This document shows positions 35,346-42,615 of a stretch of DNA of 64,000 nucleotides, one piece after another. The notes beneath the pieces are model-generated. The model was given only the letters and a program-made list of their open reading frames with translations. It was not told where the DNA came from and did not search any database. The first letter of the stretch is position 1. Each line of letters starts with the position of its first letter. The stretch is from positions 23,011 through 87,010 of the forward strand of contig DASTCF010000106.1 in the NCBI GenBank assembly GCA_035711365.1, read 5' to 3'. The position numbers were made by a program, and so were the translations under genes. Origin of the DNA: Gemmatimonadales bacterium. Its GTDB lineage: Bacteria; Gemmatimonadota; Gemmatimonadetes; Gemmatimonadales; GWC2-71-9.

Positions 35346-36146
35346 TCAGGCGGTCACCACAGGGAGCAGGCTTCCACGACGATAGCCGCGCGGATCAAGC
35401 TCTACCGCTGGAAATCCCAGCTCGCCGAACCGGTCCTCCACCTGACCCCACACGCCGGTCAACCTGGCGAGCTCCGCGGGAAGGACCTCGATCCGGGCCC
35501 GTGAGCCGTGATGCCGCACACGGAGGTCGCCCTGGACGCCCAGGCCGCGCAGAAAGGCCTCCGCGAGCTCGACCTGCCGCAGTCTGTCCGGCGTGATGGC
35601 CAGACCGTACGCGACCCGGCTCGAGAGGCAGGGCGCCGCAGGCGCATCCCAGATCGGGATCCCCTGCGCCTGAGCCGCCTCGCGCACCATCGCCTTGGTC
35701 CAGCCCAGCTCCGCGAGGGGTGCCCTCACCTGCCGCTCCTGCCCCGCGCGGAATCCCGGCCGGTGCTCACTGAGGTCATCGGCATTCGTGCCATCTATCA
35801 GGACGTCGTACCCGCGCTTCGCCGCCACAGCGCCGAGCACGCGCCACAGCTCGGACTTGCAGAAGTAGCATCGATTGGTGGGGTTGGCGAGGTAGCGCGG
35901 ATCGGCCAGCTCGTGGGTGTCCACTTCGAGCAGCGGAATTGCGAAGCGCGCGGAAAGCTCGATCGCGACCCGCCATTGCGCCTCCGGGTACGACGCGCTC
36001 CGGCCGATCGCCGCAAGGAACCGCCCGGGGCCAAGCACGCGGGTGGCCACCACGGCGAGCAGCGCCGAATCGACACCCCCCGAGTACCCGAGGAGCACCC
36101 GACCGTACGTGCCGAGGTGGGATTCCAGTCTGGCCAGCCGAGTCAT
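35346..36146 (-). CDS. PP-loop ATP pyrophosphatase, LarE-like / TIGR00268-family sulfur transferase
   Basis: Start moved to ATG 36146 (MTRLARLESHLGTYGRVLLGYSGGVDSALLAVV...). SGGxDS PP-loop, CYFCK, and the conserved C-terminal ...APAAPCLSSRV. Confidence 0.75.
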   Translation of the reverse strand: MTRLARLESHLGTYGRVLLGYSGGVDSALLAVVATRVLGPGRFLAAIGRSASYPEAQWRVAIELSARFAIPLLEVDTHELADPRYLANPTNRCYFCKSELWRVLGAVAAKRGYDVLIDGTNADDLSEHRPGFRAGQERQVRAPLAELGWTKAMVREAAQAQGIPIWDAPAAPCLSSRVAYGLAITPDRLRQVELAEAFLRGLGVQGDLRVRHHGSRARIEVLPAELARLTGVWGQVEDRFGELGFPAVELDPRGYRRGSLLPVVTA

Positions 36147-36168
36147 GGGGGAAACGTAATCGCGGGCT

Positions 36169-36609
36169 GTGGTGCCAGCCATCGAGGAATTATTGTGGGG
36201 GATGCCACTCCCCATCCCTCCGGGCGAATTCAGGCTCCGGGCCAGCAGGTCTTCCGGGCCTGGCGGGCAGCACGTCAACACGTCGTCGACGCGGGTGGAG
36301 CTCACGTGGAACGCCCGGACATCGCCCGCGCTGACCGACGCGGAGCGTTCGCGCGTGCTGGCACGGCTCGGGCATCGGCTCGACAACCGCGGCAACCTCC
36401 GCCTCGTGTCCGGCGCGACCCGGAGCCAGCTCCAGAACCGGGAGGAGGTCGTCGACCGCCTTCACCGGCTGCTGCGTGACGCAATGAAACCCGTCAAACC
36501 CCGCAAGAAGACCCGGCCGACGCGGGCCTCGCGCGAGGAGCGCCTCGCCGAAAAGAAACGGCGCTCGGCCCGCAAGGCCGAGCGCCGCCGTCCCGCCGGA
36601 GAGGAGTGA
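36169..36609 (+). CDS. arfB: Alternative ribosome-rescue factor ArfB (peptidyl-tRNA hydrolase, class I RF domain)
   Basis: RSSGPGGQHVNTSSTRVELTW GGQ motif and a basic C-terminal tail (KPRKKTRPTRASREERLAEKKRRSARKAERRR). Start is either GTG 36169 or ATG 36202. Confidence 0.85.
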   Translation: MVPAIEELLWGMPLPIPPGEFRLRASRSSGPGGQHVNTSSTRVELTWNARTSPALTDAERSRVLARLGHRLDNRGNLRLVSGATRSQLQNREEVVDRLHRLLRDAMKPVKPRKKTRPTRASREERLAEKKRRSARKAERRRPAGEE

Positions 36610-36615
36610 CCCCGC

Positions 36616-39438
36616 TCAGGGGTTGGCCGGCGCGGCCTTTCCTTTGGCGAAATCGCCTGCCTTCACCACAGTCAGCTTCGAGGGCAGGACGTATTTCCGG
36701 AATGCCGCGTCCACCTGAGCCTTCGTGACCGCGCCGAGCTCCTGCTCGAGCTGGCCGTCCCAGGCCATCGCCCGGCCCAGGAACAGGCCATCGGCGAGCT
36801 GACCGGCCAGCGAGCCGTCGTCCGCCCGGCCCAACTGCCGCTGCTGCAGGTATCCCGACTTGGCCTTCGAAATCTCCTCCGGCGTGAAACCGTCCCGGAC
36901 CGCGCGATCCAATTCTTCGCGCACCGCCGCCTCGACCTTTTCCGTGTTCTCAGGCGCCGAGATGGCATACACCATCAGTTGGCTCGCCGGCTCCTGGGAA
37001 CTGATGTCGAGGCTGCTCCCGACGCCGTAGCTGAGGCCCTCCTTCTGGCGGATCCGAAGCATCAGGCGCGAGTCGAAGGCCGAGCCGCCGAAGATGTAGT
37101 CTGCGATGGCGAGCGACGGGTAATCGGCAGTCGTGTCCGCCACCGGCAGGTTGCTGCCGGCGAAGAGGATGGCATTCGCCTTGTCAGGGGTTTCGAGCGC
37201 CGTGACGCCGCCGGGGACGTCCTTGAACTGGTCCCGGATCCGGGCGTAGCCGGCGGGGCTCTTCCAGTCGCCGAAGATCGCGGTGGCCACCTCGGTCACT
37301 TCCTTGGGATCGAAGTCGCCGACCACCGCCAGCTCTCCGTTGCCGACACCGTAAAACTCCGCGTAAAAACGGCGGGAGTCATCCAGCGTGGCAGCGCGGA
37401 TCTCCGCGATGCGCTCCTCAAGCGTGGGCACGTACCGTGGATGGCCCGCGCCGTACGGCTGCAAGGCCCGGGCATAGGTGATCTGGGCCTGTGCGATCGG
37501 CTCTGAGCGCTGTTCTTCGAGCGCCGCCAGGCGCTCCCGCTTGAGCGTCTCCCACTCTTGCGGCTCCCACCGAGGCTGCCGCAACACCTCGCCCACGAGG
37601 CGGAGGGCGGCGGGCAGGTTGTCCCGCGTGGTCTCCAGGACGACGTCGGCACCCTCGGGGCCGCCGTTCACGCTCACACGCGTCTTGAGGCGGTCGAACT
37701 CGTCTTTGATCTCCTGCCGGGTGCGGGTGGTGGTGCCGCGCATCAGCATCCGTCCCGCCAGGCCGGCCGCGTTGGCGCGACCGTTGAGATTCGCCTCGGT
37801 CCCGAAGTGCAGTTGGATGACAGCGTTCACCGTGCGTCCGCGGGTTTCCTTGGGGAGGAGCGCGAGTTGCATCCCGCTGGCCAGTTTCGTCCGCGTGGTC
37901 CGCTGGTCGATGTTGGCGGGCGAGGGATCGAACGCCTCCCCCAGCACCATCGTGGTGTCGCCCTTGTAGCCCTTGACGAGCGCGGCCACATCGGGGAGCG
38001 GCGGAATCTCCACGCGATCGGGCTTGGCCGTCGGGTAGAACGTGCCGAGCGTGCGGTTGTCGGGCTTGATATACGTCCGGGCCACCCGCTGCACGTCCGC
38101 GGCCGTCACCTGCCGGATCCGGTCCCGGTTGATGAAGATGAGCCGCCAGTCGCCGCGGGACGCCCATTCGCTCAGCGCGATGCCCACGCCGTCCGTCTGG
38201 GTGAGGCTCAACTCGATGTTCTTGAGCAGGGTTCCCTTGGCCCGCTCGACTTCCTCTTCGCTCAAGGGCGTGGTCACCACCTCATCCATTGCCTTGAGGA
38301 ACGCGTCGCGCGCCGGGCCCAGGGAATCTTCCTGCCGCACCGTCATCCGCGCGAGGAGCAGGCTCGGCTCGCGCAACTGGTAGGAACTGGCCGACACCCG
38401 GGCCGCGAGCTTGGTGTCCACCAGCGCCTTGTACAGACGCCCGCCAGGGGCGGAGCCGATGGCCTCGGTCAGCACGGAAATGGCCGGAAAGTCCGCGTCG
38501 GACCCCGCCGGCACGTGGTAGCCCGCGATCATCACCTGCACGTCCCCCACGCGCCGGAGCGTGACGGAGCGCTCGCCGTCCTGCGCGGGATCGAGCGTGT
38601 ACGTGTTGTAGATGCGGTTGGCTTCGGACCGGGTGGGACGCGGAATCCGGCCGAACTTCTGCTCGATCAGTGCCAGCGTCCTCAGGGGGTCGAACTTCCC
38701 CGCAACGACGAGCATCGCGTTGTCGGGCTGGTAGTACTTCCGGTAGAACGCCTGCAGGCGCGGAATGGGCACGTTCTCGATGTCGCTCCGCGCGCCGATG
38801 GTGCTCTTGCCGTAATTATGCCAGAGGTACGCCGTCGAGAACACGCGTTCCTCGAGCACGCCAGCCGGGTCGTTCTCGCCGAGCTCGAATTCATTCCGGA
38901 CGACGGTCATCTCGGATTCGAGGTCTCTGCCCGCGACGAAGCTGTTCACCATCCGGTCGGCCTCGAGGTCCAGGGCCCACAGGAGGTTCTGCGGGGTGGC
39001 CGAGACGATCTCGAAGTAGTTGGTCCGGTCGTACCAGGTGGTCCCGTTGAAATCGGCCCCGTGCTGGGTCATTTCGTCGCCGACCTTCGGATGCCCCTTC
39101 GACCCTTTGAAGAGCAGGTGCTCGAGCAGGTGAGCCATACCGGTCTCGCCGTAGGCCTCGTGCCGCGAGCCGACGAAGTATGTGATGTTCACCGTCGTGG
39201 TCGGCTTGGACTGGTCGGGGATGAGTAGCACCTGCAGCCCGTTGGGCAGCCGGTATTCGGTGATGCCCTCCACGGTCGTGATCTTCGTCGCGCGGATTGC
39301 CGCGGGACGCGTGGCCGGCTTGGCAGCGGCGGCCGGCTGTTGGCCCGAGGCGAGGGCGGGCCAGGACACCAGGAGCAGGGCAGCCGCCAGGCGGCCTAGT
39401 GGGCGCGCCGACGGGCGGTGGATCCGACGCTGAAACAT
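36616..39438 (-). CDS. M16 family (pitrilysin/insulinase-like) zinc peptidase, double-length secreted form
   Basis: Start moved to ATG 39438 (MFQRRIHRPSARPLGRLAAALLLVSWPALASGQ). Inverted zinc motif HLLEHLLFKG (HxxEH). About 940 aa, consistent with two M16 active/inactive halves. Confidence 0.88.
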   Translation of the reverse strand: MFQRRIHRPSARPLGRLAAALLLVSWPALASGQQPAAAAKPATRPAAIRATKITTVEGITEYRLPNGLQVLLIPDQSKPTTTVNITYFVGSRHEAYGETGMAHLLEHLLFKGSKGHPKVGDEMTQHGADFNGTTWYDRTNYFEIVSATPQNLLWALDLEADRMVNSFVAGRDLESEMTVVRNEFELGENDPAGVLEERVFSTAYLWHNYGKSTIGARSDIENVPIPRLQAFYRKYYQPDNAMLVVAGKFDPLRTLALIEQKFGRIPRPTRSEANRIYNTYTLDPAQDGERSVTLRRVGDVQVMIAGYHVPAGSDADFPAISVLTEAIGSAPGGRLYKALVDTKLAARVSASSYQLREPSLLLARMTVRQEDSLGPARDAFLKAMDEVVTTPLSEEEVERAKGTLLKNIELSLTQTDGVGIALSEWASRGDWRLIFINRDRIRQVTAADVQRVARTYIKPDNRTLGTFYPTAKPDRVEIPPLPDVAALVKGYKGDTTMVLGEAFDPSPANIDQRTTRTKLASGMQLALLPKETRGRTVNAVIQLHFGTEANLNGRANAAGLAGRMLMRGTTTRTRQEIKDEFDRLKTRVSVNGGPEGADVVLETTRDNLPAALRLVGEVLRQPRWEPQEWETLKRERLAALEEQRSEPIAQAQITYARALQPYGAGHPRYVPTLEERIAEIRAATLDDSRRFYAEFYGVGNGELAVVGDFDPKEVTEVATAIFGDWKSPAGYARIRDQFKDVPGGVTALETPDKANAILFAGSNLPVADTTADYPSLAIADYIFGGSAFDSRLMLRIRQKEGLSYGVGSSLDISSQEPASQLMVYAISAPENTEKVEAAVREELDRAVRDGFTPEEISKAKSGYLQQRQLGRADDGSLAGQLADGLFLGRAMAWDGQLEQELGAVTKAQVDAAFRKYVLPSKLTVVKAGDFAKGKAAPANP

Positions 39439-39523
39439 GGGGGCTGACTCCCTAGGGGATGGAATCCGTGTGCTGTGGAATACGGATATTAAGCGGGTGG
39501 CCCGCAGGGCGCGCAATCGGTGG

Positions 39524-41083
39524 TCAGGTCCCGGCCGGCATCCCCCCTGCCGCCGGTCGCCTCCGGTCCAGCGTGCGGTACTGGATTGCTTCGCTCACGT
39601 GGGCGGGCGCGAGTTCGGCTGCGCCGGTGAGGTCGGCAATTGTGCGGGCGATTTTGAGGATCCGGTGGTACGCCCGCGCCGACAGGCCCAGCCGGGTGAT
39701 CGCGACGCGCAGCAGGGCCTCGACCGGCTCGCTCAGCCGGCAATACCTCCGCAGGTCCCGCGCGGACATATGGGCATTCGCGTACACCCCCGGCAGGTTC
39801 CGGAATCGTTCGCGTTGTACCTCACGGGCCCGCTCGACCCGCGCCCGGATGCCGGCGCTCGTCTCCGCTGGCTCCTTCGCGGTCAAATCACGATACGCCA
39901 CGGCCGGCACTTCGAGGTGAATGTCGATCCGGTCCAGCAACGGACCCGACAACCGGCTCAGGTAGCGCTCGACCGCCATCGGCGTGCAGGGGCAGGAATG
40001 CGCCGGATCCCCGAGATAGCCGCACGGACACGGATTCATCGCGGCCGCCAACATGAAGCGCGCGGGATACGTGAGGCTCACGGCAGCCCGGCTCAGCGTC
40101 ACCTGGCCGTCCTCCATCGGCTGACGCATGACCTCCAGCACGTTCTTGCGGAATTCCGGCAGTTCGTCGAGGAACAGCACCCCGCCGTGCGCCAGGCTGA
40201 CCTCTCCCGGCCTGGGCGAGGACCCGCCCCCGATCAGGCCGGCATCACTGATCGTGTGATGCGGTGCGCGGAACGGTCGCACCGCGCACAGTGACTGTCC
40301 CGGCGCGAGGGTGCCTGCCACGCTGTGGATCTTCGTCGTCTCGAGCGCTTCCTCGAGGCTCATTCCCGGCAGGATCGTGGGGAGCCGCCGCGCGAGCATG
40401 GTCTTCCCCGCCCCCGGCGGTCCGACCAGCAAGATGTTATGCGACCCGGCCGCCGCGACTTCCAGCGCGCGCTTCGCCGCAGCCTGAGCCCGCACATCAC
40501 CGAAATCCACGGCCTCCGCGACCCGCGCCGCCATCAGGGCGCCCAGATCCACGCGCGATGGCACGATCGATGACTCGCCCCGGAAGTGGGCGCAGACCTC
40601 CCCGAGCGTCCGGGCGCCCCGCACCGTGATCCCCTCCACCACGGCGGCCTCGGAGACATTGTCCGCCGGAAGCACCACACCTGCGAGCCCCGCCTGGCGC
40701 GCGGCCAGCGTCATCGAAAGTGCACCGCGCACGGGGCGGAGGTCTCCTTCGAGTCCCACTTCGCCGAGGATCATCTGATTCCGAATTTCCTCGCCGTCCA
40801 GCTGTCCGCTCGCCACGAGGATCCCGAGGGCGATGGGCAGGTCGAAGGCGGATCCGTCCTTCCGCACGTCGGCCGGGGCCAGGTTTACCGTGATCTTGCG
40901 GAGAGGAAAATCGAACCCGGCGTTCACCAGCGCGGCGTTCACCCGCTCCCGCCCCTCCTTCACGGCGCCCTGGGGAAGCCCTACGGTGGCGAACGACGGC
41001 AAGCCCGTGGTGATGTCCACCTCGACATCTACGAGGTAGGCATCGATGCCGAGCACGGCGGCGGAGCGGATCCGGGACAGCAT
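39524..41083 (-). CDS. comM: YifB/ComM family Mg-chelatase-like AAA+ ATPase
   Basis: MLSRIRSAAVLGIDAYLVDVEVD... N-terminal Lon-like domain, Walker A LVGPPGAGKTML, GGVLFLDELPEF Walker B region, C-terminal ...ARAYHRILKIARTIADL. Confidence 0.9.
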   Translation of the reverse strand: MLSRIRSAAVLGIDAYLVDVEVDITTGLPSFATVGLPQGAVKEGRERVNAALVNAGFDFPLRKITVNLAPADVRKDGSAFDLPIALGILVASGQLDGEEIRNQMILGEVGLEGDLRPVRGALSMTLAARQAGLAGVVLPADNVSEAAVVEGITVRGARTLGEVCAHFRGESSIVPSRVDLGALMAARVAEAVDFGDVRAQAAAKRALEVAAAGSHNILLVGPPGAGKTMLARRLPTILPGMSLEEALETTKIHSVAGTLAPGQSLCAVRPFRAPHHTISDAGLIGGGSSPRPGEVSLAHGGVLFLDELPEFRKNVLEVMRQPMEDGQVTLSRAAVSLTYPARFMLAAAMNPCPCGYLGDPAHSCPCTPMAVERYLSRLSGPLLDRIDIHLEVPAVAYRDLTAKEPAETSAGIRARVERAREVQRERFRNLPGVYANAHMSARDLRRYCRLSEPVEALLRVAITRLGLSARAYHRILKIARTIADLTGAAELAPAHVSEAIQYRTLDRRRPAAGGMPAGT

Positions 41084-41085
41084 GC

Positions 41086-41127
41086 GGGCGGCACTCCTGG
41101 TGAGATCGCCTCACAGTAGTGCCGCCC
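41086..41127 (-). promoter_or_regulatory. Two-tier GC-rich stem-loop immediately 5' of the comM start codon
   Basis: GGGCGGCACT (41086-41095) pairs perfectly with AGTGCCGCCC (41118-41127). Inner helix GTGAG (41100-41104) / CTCAC (41110-41114). On the mRNA strand it spans -3 to -44 and partly covers the AGGAG Shine-Dalgarno. Confidence 0.5.
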
Positions 41128-41190
41128 CTTGTCCACCAGGTGGTGAAACGCACGCCGCCGCGCGCCGGAAAGCGCGGAACCGGCCTGGAG

Positions 41191-42078
41191 TCAGTCCTTT
41201 CGGGTGCCTTTCGCAATAACCTCGTCCTTGGTGTCCCGCACCTCGAAGCCGGTCGCGCGCCCGTCCGTGACCGCGAATTCGAAGACGATGTCATTGGCCA
41301 CGTCGAACACCTCGCCCTTCTCCAACATGGCGGGCCAGAACCAGTGCTCACCGCTCGGGACCATGATGAGGTTGCCGAACTCGGGAAACGGCGGCTTGTC
41401 CCACCGCGCCCGGAGCGCCCCGCCCTCGTGGTACAACTCGAAGCTCGAGGCCTTCTCGGGTTTCCCCTCGTCCTCCTTCCAGGTGAACGCGTAGGCGCCG
41501 GTGTAGCGCCGCGCTACGTCGGCCGCCAGGGCGATCGGGTGGGACGCGGGGACCGTGAGGCGCAGCGGGACGTACTCCCTGCCCCACTGGAAAGCCAGCG
41601 TGGCACCATCGGGCCTCACCTCCGGGAACCACCAGCTCAGCACCTCCATCGGTGCGCGGGTCTCGCGCGTGACGGGAATCCGGATCCAGTCGTCCGCCGG
41701 CTTGGGCTCGGGCAGGTGGAATGCGCGCGATTTCGGATTGAGGTAGAGCGTCCACTGGTCGGGCTTGACCTCGATCCAGACCGAATACTTCCCCTTCGGC
41801 ACCGCAACCCCATTCATCGTCACATCGTGATCGACGTCGAAGGTCGTGGCCCAGTTGGCGCCGGGGGTCCAGACCTCACCCCAGCGGACGACGCGCCCGT
41901 AGAGTGAATCGCGCGCGCGCATCTTGGGCCGATAGTACTCGACGGTGATCGTCGTCCCGTCCACCGTCTGCGCGGTCACCCCGTGCTCACTGGCACGGAT
42001 CTGCGCCCCCGCCAGCGCCGGTGGCAGCAGCATGAAGGCACAGGCGATCGCAACACGGGGCAGGACACGAACAGCCAT
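41191..42078 (-). CDS. DUF2911 domain-containing secreted protein
   Basis: Start moved to ATG 42078 (MAVRVLPRVAIACAFMLLPPALAGAQ). YYRPKMRARD...FGRVVRWGEVWTPGANWATTFDVDHDVTMNGVAVPKGKYSVW matches DUF2911. Confidence 0.7.
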   Translation of the reverse strand: MAVRVLPRVAIACAFMLLPPALAGAQIRASEHGVTAQTVDGTTITVEYYRPKMRARDSLYGRVVRWGEVWTPGANWATTFDVDHDVTMNGVAVPKGKYSVWIEVKPDQWTLYLNPKSRAFHLPEPKPADDWIRIPVTRETRAPMEVLSWWFPEVRPDGATLAFQWGREYVPLRLTVPASHPIALAADVARRYTGAYAFTWKEDEGKPEKASSFELYHEGGALRARWDKPPFPEFGNLIMVPSGEHWFWPAMLEKGEVFDVANDIVFEFAVTDGRATGFEVRDTKDEVIAKGTRKD

Positions 42079-42140
42079 CGGGAACTCCGTGCGCTCAGGT
42101 GGGAAGGCCACCGACCAGGTGGACGGGTGGAACCGTGGGA

Positions 42141-42572
42141 TCAGCCGTATCGGACGTCGATGGCGTCACGGATTTCATCGAGGGTTTTCCCGGCACGATG
42201 CAGCCGGAGTGCGAGGCGTGCCTCACCCTGGCAGATGTCGCAGAAGCGCGCCATGGCCTCGCCCTCGTAACACGAGAGCAACGAGTAGAAGCCCGGCAGC
42301 TTGGCGCAACCACACTGACACCGGATACCATCGACGATCTGAGGAATCTCGCGGACGGCCTGGAACGCCGGAATCGCGCCGGAGTACTCGGCCAGACTCG
42401 CGTCGGGGAGCACCCGGGACGCGTCGATGCCGGGACGAGGCACAGGGTGATCCTTCGGTCCAATCCAACTCGAAGGCAGGCCCCACGCGGCCCCCGCGCG
42501 GCCCGCCGAGGCGGCCAGCCCCGCGGCAGCGAGCAGCAGGAATCGACGTCTGGAAGGTGGTCGCGGTCTCAT
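42141..42572 (-). CDS. Tat-signal, Cys-rich protein, PCYCGC-motif-family-like
   Basis: Twin-arginine signal PSRRRFLLLAAAGLAASAG. Cys cluster IRCQCGCAKLPGFYSLLSCYEGEAMARFCDICQGE, then LDEIRDAIDVRYG, resembling the PCYCGC-domain family (from memory). Confidence 0.6.
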   Translation of the reverse strand: MRPRPPSRRRFLLLAAAGLAASAGRAGAAWGLPSSWIGPKDHPVPRPGIDASRVLPDASLAEYSGAIPAFQAVREIPQIVDGIRCQCGCAKLPGFYSLLSCYEGEAMARFCDICQGEARLALRLHRAGKTLDEIRDAIDVRYG

Positions 42573-42615
42573 GCCGACAAGCTATGCGATGGGGCCGGAC
42601 GGTGAAAGTGGCCGG

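Noticed and set aside
36161-36177. Sigma-54-like element TGGCAC-cacag-cccGC on the minus strand, 15 nt upstream of the larE-like start. This would be attractive because that operon encodes the EBP.
   Set aside because: The GG to GC spacing is 11 nt rather than the strictly conserved 10, and the -12 region (CCCGC) is poor. This is kept only as a note. Similar off-by-one matches at 20646-20661 and 41988-42002 lie inside coding regions on the wrong strand.
41135-42122. Shared 9-mer ACCAGGTGG (CCACCTGGT on the gene strand) upstream of both comM (41135-41143) and the DUF2911 gene (42114-42122).
   Set aside because: By a rough estimate, a 9-nt match between GC-rich intergenic regions is expected by chance many times over. 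Each copy is also part of a local CCACC...GGTGG hairpin. This is not enough to call a shared operator.
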